In this document: positions 24,301-35,155 of the stretch, one piece after another
How positions within the stretch are numbered: position 1 is the first letter of the stretch
How the letters are laid out: each line of letters opens with the position of its first letter
Assembly (NCBI RefSeq): GCF_947568905.1
Contig: NC_079173.1
Location: forward strand, 42,160,001 to 42,224,000
From: Ostrea edulis
Taxonomy: Eukaryota
DNA length: 64,000 bases
Reading direction: 5' to 3'
Position numbers and translations under genes: made by a program
The notes under the pieces: model-generated
The model's database searches: none
The model's input: the letters and a program-made list of their open reading frames with translations, nothing else
Told to the model about the DNA's origin: nothing

Positions 24301-27300
24301 TCACGATTTTAGAGATATATTAAATCGATTTGTTTTACAGTCAGGATTTGAAAAATATAATAAATATGTGTACATTACAGTCACGATTTGAGAGAGATAT
24401 TGAATCTGTTCATATTGCCGTCAGGATTTCAGAAATATATCAAATCTGTTTATATTACAGTCAGGATTTGAGAAAGATATATTAAATCTGTTTATGTTAC
24501 AGTCAGGATTTGAGAGAGAGATATTAAACCTGTTTATACTACAGACTGGATTTGAGAGATATATTCTAAAAATTTCTAAAGAACTTTTAATAAACTTGAA
24601 ATCGCAAAACTTTTCTCAAATCAACATCAAATCATATGACTTTTCAACACTTTACACGACCATTCCTCACGATAAATCAAAGACTAGACGTTTTGACATC
24701 ATAGACAGTTGCTTCTTCAACAAAATGGAAAACGCAAATATTCCTTTCTAGTGATTGGTCATCCAAAACACAATTTGTTAAACGCCACTCTAATTCCACG
24801 TACAAGTACTCTGAAGTTGAAATAAAAGATATCCTGGAGTTCCTCTGGTCTTTAATGATTAGGTATTCCAACAATCTGTTGGAAATCCCATGGGCACGAA
24901 TTGTGCTCCTTTGTAAGCTGACCTGTTTTTATGTTCCTGTGAAGCAGAATTTATTAAAAAAACTCACCGGCGGGTGTGATCGGTCGACAGGGAATGCTTA
25001 TTCCTCCTAGGCACCTGATCCCACCTCTGGTATATCCAAGGGTCCGTGTTTGCCCAACTCTGTTTTGTATTTCTTATAGGAGTTAAGAGATTAATCACTG
25101 TCTGTTAACTTCGTTTTTCATATATTAAGTCTGTTTATATTATAGTCAGGATTTGAGAAATGTATTAAATGTAAAACTTATACGGTACCAATTTTGATGT
25201 CTCTTCAGTGATGGTCAAGCCGAAGTTTTGGAAATTCGAAATAACAATAAACTTGTAAGAGCTCAAAGGAATACTAGACTGCTAACAAATGGACCCAAAT
25301 TCGTCCAAGGATAAAAGCAATGCATAAATTCGTTTATATTACAGTCAGGATTTGAGAGAGATATATTAGATATGTTTATGTTACAGACAGGATTTGAGAG
25401 ATATCTTAATGTTGCCTGGAGGTTCTATAACTTGACCGTTTCGGCATCGATCATGGCAGCAGAACGTCAAATCGTGTGTGTTTTTACACTCATCCTACAC
25501 AATGCTAATGGTTTGGCCGATGGAGAAAGAATCAGTTCCATTTGCACTCTTGAAGTACTGTCAAATTCGGAGAAGTGGACCTTCAACGATAACATTATAA
25601 TTCACACAAAACCTTTAAAGGTGAGCCTTGCAATAAATTCAATTAAGATGAGCTCTGTGACATAACCTCAAAACTTACGCTATGCTGTTAAACTTTATAT
25701 GTGATATGTGGTAGTCTTTTTGATCAATTTTAGTTCATAACTGATCGTCGATAATTCATGGTTGTATTATAGCAATATTATGCACGCGATGCATGATCAC
25801 CCACACTTCCTCACTAAGCAAATAGATACCAACATCAACGCTATATAATGTCATAGAATCAATGCATCAGGACATGCGCAGAGAACATCTAAAAGTGTAT
25901 GGTTTCTTCAAAAATTTCACCGTGTATGTTTGACCTGAAGTGTTTAGTGAACATTATTTGAAATTGGAAATCGCAACTGATTATGATTTTCCATCGACTC
26001 AAATAATGTTTTGTTCAAACACAGGGCTCACGACACTGGTCAACAGTGGATGCTTACGTCCCCTAGGCACCTGATTCCACCTCTGGTGTGTCCAGGGGTC
26101 CGTGTTTGTCCAACTATCTATTTTGTATTCTTATAGGAGTTATGGGATTGATCACTGTTCGTTATCTTCACCTTGCATAGTAAAGGAGCACAATTCGTGC
26201 GTATGATGTGTCCAGGGGTCCATGCTTGACCTACTCGTAAATTTGCATTCTTTGTGGGAATTATGAGATTGATCAATGGTCATTATTTTCACTTTTCATT
26301 CTTAGCATTCAAACAAGCATTTACTAGCATTCTTACAAGGATTATTTTGTATTATGAAAACAAATGGAAGCATAAAGTAATGTCTCAAGATATCGGTAAA
26401 ATGTAGAATAAGAAAGCATTGAATTTGTGAAGATGATGAGCAGTCAACCCCCCCCCCCCTTCGTGAGCCCTAAATCTTGATCTGCCAAACGAAGAAGTCC
26501 GTAGTTAAAATCAGCGTGCAAACAGTTGGTATGAAACACGTCAGACACCATTTTATCCAATAAGCAAATGTGCATTCCATAAGCAAAATGTCAAAACTAG
26601 AGTAAATTGATTAATTTTACAGGGGGGGGGGGGGGGGTCATCCACATGTGAAAAGTTGTACCAATAAGAATTGAAGTTGAAGATAGCAAACAGTGATCAA
26701 TTTCGTAATCCCTATCAGGCATGCAAAATCAAGAGTTGGGCAGACACTATATAGAACAGCATCATAGGTGTAAATAAATTTTGATAGGAAGGCTTCTCCG
26801 CGTTTATCATTGGAAATATACAAGAATATCACATGTACATGTATATGTTTTCGTTGTACCTGTTGGAGAGTGAATGACAATCGATTCAAAATAGTGATGA
26901 CCTACTTCAAGTATCCTCAAATTTCATTCGGGGATCAATAATAATGTAATCTAGACCTTCTCCTGTTACTTTGAGATGGAAAACAAACCACTTCCGGCAT
27001 GAATTCACCAATGATGGATTAAGGGGACGAAATTCTCAATTCTGTACGTTGGGAATTAATGCTTTTGAATCGTGTAAAATATCAGCAACGTTGCAAATAT
27101 TTCTTTCAGAGCTCTTTTCAAAAAGGAATGGGGTAATCTGTAGTCGACATCAGTGTGTAAAGAACGGCCTCAATTGCTATGAAACATATCAGGCAGCATT
27201 TTACTAAATAACAGGTTGTATTGGTAAATTACATTGTTATAACGATATTAACAGTTGCAAAATGCTGACTCTAAACGAGACTAACGGTCGAAACTCTCGT

Positions 27301-30300
27301 AGCATCAACTTATTCGTCAGTAGCCTGCCTCGATTTAATTTGCTATGCGCAGAACAAACTCTTGGATATTGAATCATTTAAGAAACAAATATCACATGCA
27401 GGTTCAATGAAATATCTAACAATAATTTGTAAGCCGGTGTGGAATATTTATATCGAGCACAGATATATATCAAATTGACATAAGAATGAAAACGATTACT
27501 GTTAATAGATAAAACGTCGTCGACATATCTAAATGTGGAGTTGAAGGCCACGGCATGAGATTTTTTTTCTTCTTAAGTAGAATATAAGAATAGGTCAACT
27601 AAAAAAAAGAATAGGTCAACTAATAAAGGAGCATATTTCTTGCGCATTGGAATTCCAACAGACTGTTGGAAAACCTGATCACCAAAGAACACGGATATAT
27701 TGTCAATGAGGAACTCCAGCATCAACTTCAGAGGATTTGTGCGTAGTGTTGTTTAAGAAAATAATTTTCTAATGACTGATCATAGGATATAAATATTTCT
27801 TTTTTCCATTTCTATTGAAAAAAAACCAGCTTTCTATGTTGACAAAAAGTCTAGTCTTTAATCAGTTGTGAGGAATGATCGTGTAAAGTTTTGAAAAGTC
27901 ATATGAATCCGTCGAATGTAGCATGTACATTTATCTTTGCAGTTTTCTTTCTTCATTCTATATCAAATTTCGCGTTATAAACGTCAACAAATATGGCGCA
28001 TTGAATACTTTATGGTGCACACGCGCAATCTGGGAGACATAAATGTGTATAACAGAACTGATTATTTGCGTGAATTGTATTTTTATTTTAAAAAAGGAAA
28101 AATGGTCTCGAGGACAGCGGTTGAGGAATATCTATCATCCATTTTCATTTCGTTTGATATTTAGTACATTGCTTTACAAATCAAGTTCAAATTTTGTTCC
28201 TGTGTGTGTATCTTATGCCAAATTATGACTCTTGGACTTGAAATTAACGCAAACACTCATTTTTAACTTCTTCGCAGGAACCACAGGGCTTACTTTTCAC
28301 ATGGGTATATGCAGGAATTGGATGTATTTCAAAATATGGTGCATCAAAATTGGTACCGTATAAGTTTTACATTGATCATGAGTTTTTAATTCATGGTATA
28401 AACATGGCACCAACACAACAGAAATGAAATCCACGAAATAATTCTTTGAATTTGTCTTTTATGTTTATACAATGTCTAATTTAAAATCTGTGACTTGATT
28501 CAATTTCAGTTCCTGAATAAGACGGCCTTCTTCAGATTAGAACCAATGAATTCCACCGTTCTTCAATCCGAGATAAAGTCCATCAAGAAGATAAACTTCA
28601 AAGCATGGCTACCGTATTACAACCCAAAACTCACAGTGATGTTAAGTGGAGAAAGTAGATTAGCTTTCGGTACTAATTTTGAAGCCACTTATCTGAAAGT
28701 TCTTGCAGCTGGAAACAACTTCTATCCTGTAAGATTTGACTAAAGATATGCATGCGTTCTAGAGGTTTTTGTCTCTCTACATTTTATGAATATTCTTTTC
28801 TACGACATCAAATCACAAAACACATGTCAAACACTCCAAGACGATGAGGTGTAAGTTATATTCATAGTTTCTAAGATTTTGTCGAAGTTACATTCATATC
28901 AACAACGTTTCAAAGATCTTTTCTCCAATTCAAGTTTCCTGATATATGGAATGAAAACCTGAAGATGGTCCAAACGGTTTACATTTTACCTGGTGAAAAT
29001 AACGAAGCAAGAACAATATACGGTTTATGCAAACAATGTCTAGAACCTGTGGTATAATTGATATCCAGAATTCTTATCCTGTGACGTATCTGATGCTTGC
29101 ATCTGTGAATTTAGATTATTCACCAAGTACATAACACTTAGACATAATTTGACTCCACTTTTTTGGCACACTGTTATTCCCTATAATAGCTCTAAAACTT
29201 CATTGTTATTTCGGATTTCAAACATTTCGGTTGAGCATCACTGAAGAGACATTATTTGTCGAAATGCGCATCTGGTGCATCAAAATTGGTACCGTACAAG
29301 TTTTACATTATTCAGAGATCATTCAGTGAAACTGATTGATAGAGTACCAATGTGTGACGTAGATCAGACTCTGTACATGTGAAGAAGTAATCCAGTATCA
29401 ATGTGTGACGTAAACCACACTCTGTATATGTGAAGAAGTCATCCATCCTTTGTTATTGAAATGATCACATCAGTATCTTGAGAGTACCTTCAATATTGTC
29501 TGAGAATATAATGGTAATGTCAGAAGAATCTTACCTTTTTCCATTTTCCTAGAAATCATACTGATTACGTTTACTCTTCTTATCCACAGGGCATTCAGCC
29601 AAAATATCTAAATACCATCAACATGGGAGATGCCGAAGCTAATGCTACGATCCTTTCCTTCCCAGATCACTTTATCAATACAGGTTTGTAGGTCATGGTT
29701 TGAGATTAATGTTACCGCTTTCCAGTTTCACCTTTCTTTCTGTTTAAACTGCAGGGTTTTTTGCATTGCCCACTGGGGGCGAAATTTACAATATTTATGA
29801 AAATACAGATTTGACATTTAGAATCATTAACTAGAACGTGTCTTATCATTCATTACTTCTAATTATGTAACTTATTTGTTTTAATTGACATGCATATTAA
29901 TGACATGTGTGTCTAATTAAAAACAATTGTGAGGATTCTAGGTAAGAGGATACAATTTATCTTGCATTCCATTGTCCTCTCCTCTGTGCAACAACAACAT
30001 CAAAGGTTAAAAACACTCTAAATATTTGGAAAATTATTCTATGTAAGGCGAAGATAACGAACAGTGATCAATTTCTTAACTCCTACAAACAATACAAAAT
30101 AGATAGTTGGGCAAACACGGGCCCCTGGACACACCAGAGGTGGGATCAGGTACCTAGGGGGAGTAAGCGTCCCCTGTCGACCGGTAAATGTCAAAAGCTT
30201 TATACATAACGTTTATAAGACGTGTTGCTACAACCGGGTGTTAAACACAATTGAATTGTAGCTACATTTTTGTATATGTTTTATTAGATCAAGATATAAG

Positions 30301-33300
30301 GTTCACTGACCGGTCAACAGGAAATATTAAATCCGCCTAGGCATCTGATTCCACCTGTAGTATGTCCAGGGTGTCGTGTTTGCCCCTCTCCTAACATTGC
30401 ATTCTTTATACATGTAGGAGATGGTTCTCTGTTCGCTATCTTCTCTTCATCAGATAGAATATCAGTGTTAATAGTATTCATGTAGCAATATTCCAGTATC
30501 ACCTACATATGGTGTTTACGTCTCTAAACTGATTCGATACACAAGAGCTTGTTCGCCGTATGGTCAATTTCTAAATCGAAGCAGGCGACTGACAAACAAA
30601 TTGATGGTGCAGGGGTTCCAACAGTCTCATTTAAAATCAGCATTTCGCAAATTCTATGGTCGTTATAATGATATAATTTGCCAATATAACCTATCATTGG
30701 TACAATGCTGTCTGAAGTGTTTCATGTCGATTGTTAGGCTGTTCTTGGCGCACTGATTTTGACTACGCATAACTCCGTTTATCTGATCAGGATATAAGGT
30801 TCACGGTGGTTGACCGATCGACAGGGGATGCTTACTTCTCCTAGGCACCTGATCCCACCTCTGGTATGTCCAGGGGTCCGTGTTTGCCCAACTCTCTATC
30901 TTGTATTGCATATAGGAGTTATGAGATTGATCACTGTTCGTTATATTCACCTTTCGTGGTAAGAATGTGAGATATATTTAACAAAGGTAGTCATTTTTCT
31001 GAATAAGATCTGCAAACTACGTTAATAAACATTTAGTATGAATACCATTTTCAAATTTACTATAGTATCAATATGATAAAAATAAGGATTTGACATGTGA
31101 AATTGGGGCCTTTTTAGGATTTTCCTTAGAATTCAACATATTTAAAGGAATTTTAGCAAAACTAAACATATCAGGAATTTTAGGGCCGCTGAATAGCCTG
31201 ATACTCATATTGTGTGCTCATCAAAAAACTCCTTTGTGAAACATCATCTTGATTCTAAGCACAAGTACTCTGAAGTTGATTTTAGGAAAAAGCTGGAGTT
31301 CCTCATTAACAAAATCGTAGTCGTTGGTGATCAGGTCTTCCAACAGTCTGTGGGAATCCCCATGGGCATGAACTATGGTCCTTTGTTAGCTGACTTGTTT
31401 TCATATTCCTATGAGGAAGAATTTATTCAAAAGATTCTACATGAGAAGAAATAATCTCTTTCTGTGGCCTTAAACTCGACAGTTAGATGTATGGACGACG
31501 TTGCATCCACTAACAATAATCATTTTCCTGCATATGTCGATTTGATTTTTCTCAGTGAACTCAAAATAGAAGACAGCGCAGAATCTTCGACATCTGCAAC
31601 GTTCTTAGATATTTTATTGGACATAGAATTTAACGGAAAACTAACAACCAGACATTATGACAAACGGGTTAGCTTCAGCTTCTCTTTCGTCAACTTCCCA
31701 TATTTATCTAGCAATATTTCATTATCACCTGCATATGGCGTTTATGTCTCTTAACTGATTCGATATGCAAGAGCTTGTTTTGCATATAGTAAGTTTTTAA
31801 ATCGATGCAGGCTACTGACAAACAAGTTTATTTTACAAAGGTCTTAACAGTCACGTTTAAAGCAAGCAGTTTGCAGATTCTATGGTCGTTATAACGTCAT
31901 CTACCACTGCAATCTGTCATATGAGATATTTCATATCAATTGTTAAACCGTTCTTTACACGCTGATTTTGACTACAAATTACTCCAATTATTTGACCAAT
32001 ATATAAGGCTCATGGTGGGTGTGACAGGTCGACAGGAGATGGCCACTCCGCTAGGGACCTTATCCCACCTCTCGTATATCAAGGGGTCCATGTTTACCCA
32101 ATTGCATTCCTTATAGGAATTATGCAATTTATTACTTTCGTTATGCAAGGTGAAGATAACGAACAGTGATCAGTCTCATAACTCCTACAAGCAATACAAA
32201 ATAGATAGTTGGACAAACACGGACCCCTGGACACACCAGAGGTGGGATCAGGTGCCTAGGAGGAGTAAGCATCCCCTGTTGACCGGTCACACCCGCCGTG
32301 AGCCCCATATCCTGATCAGGTAAACGGAGTTATCCGCAGTCAAAATCAGTGTGCCAAGAACGGCTTAACAATTGGTATGAAACACGTCAGACAGCATTTG
32401 ACCCAATGCGAGGTTGTATTGACGAACTAGATCGTTATAACGACCATAGAATAAATTCTGCTTCATATGTTATCTTCATCTTCCGTGGGCGAGTGGTTAG
32501 AGCATCGCGCTCAAAATCACATGGTCTCTCACCTCTGTCGGCGCGGGTTCGAATCCCGCTTTCGCCGGTAAGTGAGAAAGTTTCCAAGTTTACTTTCGGA
32601 AGGTCGGTGGTCTCTTAACGGGTACATTGTATCTGGGTTCTCTCTTCCACCAATAAAAACTGGGCGCCACTACATAACCGAAAAAATATTTAGTGAGGCG
32701 GAAAACATCAATCAATCAATCAATCAATTCATCTTTTATGTGTACTTTTTGCAGGCTACTATAACTCAGAAAATACAACGGATGATGACATCATCGAATT
32801 TGAGGCAGGTGTTGCTCTCTCGGAGATGGCAGCTGTGGGTTCCCGTAACAACGTCAGTATTAGCTTATTAATTAATGGCACACAAGTCTGGAATTTCACA
32901 TTAACACTGGTAGCAGCAGAAACAATTTCAAATGTAAGTGTTTCAAATTCAAAGTACAGCTTATTTGTTAATTTTGACGTCGAGGATATTTAGACATTTT
33001 TTTTTTTGGTGAAAAAAAAGTAGTTTGAAGTCTTACCATTTTATGTTTCTATACCATTTCATTTTAATTTATTTAACATGTGTATCTTTGATATGAATTT
33101 AGCGCTTTCATTTTCGGAAAATTTTCTCATTAGCAAACAAACCGCCGAAATTTCCAGGGTGCCAAAATTGCCCAATATCCGATAGAAAAGGGGTGAATAT
33201 TTGGATAAAAAGTGTCCATCAAAACTGAATGTAGTAAATGGAAATAAAGATACAGCTATATGGAAGGTGAAGATAGCGAACAGTGATCAATCTCATTCCT

Positions 33301-35155
33301 CCAATAACCAATACACAATAGAGAGTTGGGCAAACACGGACCCCTGGATATACTTGTATTTACCAGAGGTGGAATCAGGTGCCTAAGAGGAGTAAGCATC
33401 CACTGTCGACTGGCCGCACCCACCCTGAACCTTTTATCTTGATTTCATTTATGCCATATTATTTTACAATTAATTCGTCGTATCTCAGAAACACAATTAA
33501 TATGCTGGGTTATCGAGTACATGTATATAACATCTGTTAATAAGCATCCGTTCTTTTGTATTTCATATTTTCTGTAAAACAAACTTACCGCCTTATAAAC
33601 AAAGTGTTTCGATGTAAAACTAGTGATAATGGGTATGTACTAGTTACAACCTATCTTTGGGTCAAATGCTGTCTGACGTGTTTCATACCGATTGTTAGCC
33701 CCTTTTTGTCACACTGACTTTGACTACAGTTTACTCCGTTTTCCTTATCAAGATATGGGGATCACAGCAGGTGTGACCGGTCGACAGTGGATGCTTATTC
33801 CTCCTAGGCACCTGATCCCACCTCTGGTATATGCAGGGGTCCTTGTTTGCCCAACTCTTTATTTTGTATTTTTAAAGGAGTCATGAGATTGGTCACTGTT
33901 TATTGTCTTAACCTTACGCACTGTATCCTTAAATCTTTTAAAGGGGACCTGTGGAATCAAAATAGAGGACAATCCATTGGAAGACTTATTTCCCTTTAGT
34001 CACGTGATACTTACTCTGGAGATATGTATCCCTGGTGGAAGATCAGACACTTTGAATTGTACAGTTTTTATAGAAGAAACCTCGGCTCTCGGCCTGCAAA
34101 ACGTGGTCCTTTCAAAGTCCAACGAGAAAATTACTGATATATCAATCGATTATTCTCTAACGGAGAGTGGGGGATTTATAAATCTGGACTATCTCAGTTG
34201 GGATGACATTGGCAGCAACTCATCTGTAAAAGTGGACCTAGCCATTGCCCTCGATCCTGAAAGAGTAAGGTTCTCTGATGCTTACTCAGTGTCGATCAGC
34301 AACAAAGGAATGGGAACTAAGCGTGACGTACATTTCAACAAGCCTGAAATCTTAAATGACGAAAACGGAAAATTGTTATCGACGATTCATCTAATCCTGG
34401 ACAATAACATCACCACTTGTCTTAGATTACCGGTGAATGGAGAGGTTCCACCATTGCTCTGGATGAAAATGAACACTTCCTGGCTTGGCATAACGCCAAA
34501 GGAATATAAAGTTACGTTCCGAGGTGTTGATATAACCTGTAATTCTCACGGACGAAAAAGTCTTCTGGTAAATATATTTGATCTGATATCGTATATGTAT
34601 GACCTCTAACCACTATACATACAAGGCAAAAGAAAAACACGGACTACCACGCACTTTCTTTAGTAATGTATTTTATTGCTGGTTATTATTTTCCTTTCTT
34701 CGTTATTTTATATAATCACATCATCATTCATCCCCCATCCTGATGAAAGAACATATTGTCCCAAAAAATTACAATTGATATTGTTTGTGTCACTTATAAT
34801 TAAAATCATGTGTTTTCGATAGAAAAAAATAAATAAATAAATGTAAAGTATAGATATTTGATCGAATATTCGTTTGTCTACTAGATAGATAGATAGATTG
34901 ATCTAATATTTGTTTGTTAATTATGTCATGTAGGTATCCTTTCCCACTGCAAGCTTACAGGAACCTCTCCATGGAGACTCCGAGTTTTGTCATTTGATCC
35001 ACGAAGACGACATTTTCGATGAGAACCTGAAGGAATGTGAATATAAATGTGAGTGTAAGGACAGCGTAGAATGCGGGGAATTGTTCGTATCTATGGCAAA
35101 CCAGGATAAGATACCGCCATGGGAGTTATGTGATGTAAGTGCTGTGAATGTGTGA
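19145..35155 (+). CDS. Uncharacterised secreted glycoprotein, 744 aa, 9 exons: signal peptide, Thr-rich mucin-like repeats, beta-rich middle, Cys-rich C-terminus
   Basis: Exons 19145-19187, 20371-20742, 21867-22114, 25387-25620, 28510-28728, 29590-29683, 32755-32933, 33944-34567, 34934-35155. All GT-AG, phases 1,1,0,0,0,1,0,0, 2235 nt open to TGA. Starts MLGLGTVALYILLVASLPTTTPE and ends CEYKCECKDSVECGE...WELCDVSAVNV*. About 16 N-x-S/T sequons and no transmembrane segment seen. Additional small exons cannot be excluded. Confidence 0.8.
20449..20706 (+). repeat. 33-bp coding tandem repeat (TVEVTDVTDKT), about 8 copies
   Basis: In frame within exon 2 of the secreted protein. Confidence 0.9.
22770..23165 (-). 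mobile_element. Decayed Naiad-like 3' region
   Basis: ORF 22808-23110 (FLNRGRLLTKLMLQGFQRSRL..GRYN) is homologous to 9123-9288. Confidence 0.7.
23378..23833. mobile_element. MITE-like element with ~57-bp terminal inverted repeats
   Basis: atcttcacaagtcaagggttattgattcattacctcgcactaacccttgacatcagt at 23378 is matched in inverted form at ~23777-23833. TSD not resolved. Confidence 0.7.
24560..25122 (+). mobile_element. Internally deleted Naiad-like copy inserted in the minisatellite
   Basis: ILKISKELL..YDFSTLYTTIPHDK, cccatgggcacgaattgtgct, then the 3' terminus. Confidence 0.8.
25170..25260 (-). mobile_element. Deleted copy of the hammerhead-bearing pLTR found at 29135-29312
   Basis: Minus strand catcactgaagagacat/caaaattggtaccgtataagttttaca. 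The 3' half of the ribozyme is missing. Confidence 0.65.
26022..26300 (+). mobile_element. Two tandem Naiad-like 3' termini
   Basis: 26022-26178 ends in ttcaccttgcat; 26208-26300 is a more decayed copy. Confidence 0.75.
26440..26770 (-). mobile_element. Decayed Naiad-like 3' fragments
   Basis: cgtgagccc...tatgaaacacgtcagaca (26460-26560) and gaagatagcaaacagtgatcaat...agttgggca (26672-26770). Confidence 0.6.
27180..27905 (-). mobile_element. Decayed Naiad-like RT fragment
   Basis: Parallels 5690-6480 (ggaattccaacagactgttggaaaacctgatcaccaaag; ttgaaaagtcatatga). Confidence 0.7.
29135..29312 (+). mobile_element. Solo pLTR of a Penelope-like element carrying a hammerhead ribozyme
   Basis: Contains the hammerhead listed below; related fragments at 25170-25260 and 28337-28372. 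Boundaries approximate. Confidence 0.65.
29236..29277 (+). ncRNA. Minimal type I hammerhead ribozyme
   Basis: Stem I CAUCA/UGGUG, core CUGAAGA, stem II GACA-uuauu-UGUC, GAAA, palindromic stem III AUGCGCAU, cleavage triplet AUC (cut 29272/29273). Matches the minimal dimer-type hammerheads known from Penelope-like elements. Confidence 0.85.
30043..30187 (-). mobile_element. Naiad-like 3' terminus
   Basis: tgtaaggcgaagataacgaacagtgatc...cccctgtcgaccggt. Confidence 0.8.
30305..30955 (+). mobile_element. Two tandem Naiad-like 3' fragments (30305-30450 decayed; 30465-30955 RT C-terminus plus UTR)
   Basis: SNIPVSPTYGVYVSKLIRY...FRKFYGRYND, followed by the terminus. Confidence 0.8.
31210..32145 (+). 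mobile_element. Decayed 5'-truncated Naiad-like copy
   Basis: ORFs 31212-31454 (QQSVGIPMGMNYGPLLADLF) and 31464-31754 (RCMDDV, YDKR, SNISLSPAYGVY). Confidence 0.85.
32145..32450 (-). mobile_element. Well-preserved Naiad-like 3' region, tail-to-tail with the previous copy
   Basis: atgcaaggtgaagataacgaacagtgatc...gttataacgaccatagaat. Confidence 0.85.
32482..32728 (+). mobile_element. Full-length tRNA-derived SINE with (ATCA)n tail
   Basis: A box tgggcgagtgg, B box ggttcgaatcc, body ...ccaccaataaaaactgggcgccac..., tail atcaatcaatcaatc. Confidence 0.85.
33262..33445 (-). mobile_element. Naiad-like 3' terminus
   Basis: ggaaggtgaagatagcgaacagtgatcaatctc...gagtaagcatcc. Confidence 0.75.
33652..33920 (+). 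mobile_element. Naiad-like 3' region ending about 20 bp before the exon-8 acceptor
   Basis: ttgggtcaaatgctgtctgacgtgtttcataccgattgttag...caggtgtgaccggtcgac...cctaggcacctgatccc. Confidence 0.8.

Larger units (their letters stand above)
23970..25405 (+). repeat. ~39-40-bp minisatellite, about 18 copies, each containing a splice acceptor plus the exon-4 start; interrupted by TE fragments
   Basis: Unit ctgtttatattacag|TCAGGATTTGAGAGATATattaaat. The final copy ttacag|ACAGGATTTGAGAGATAT is the coding junction at 25386/25387. Confidence 0.85.
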
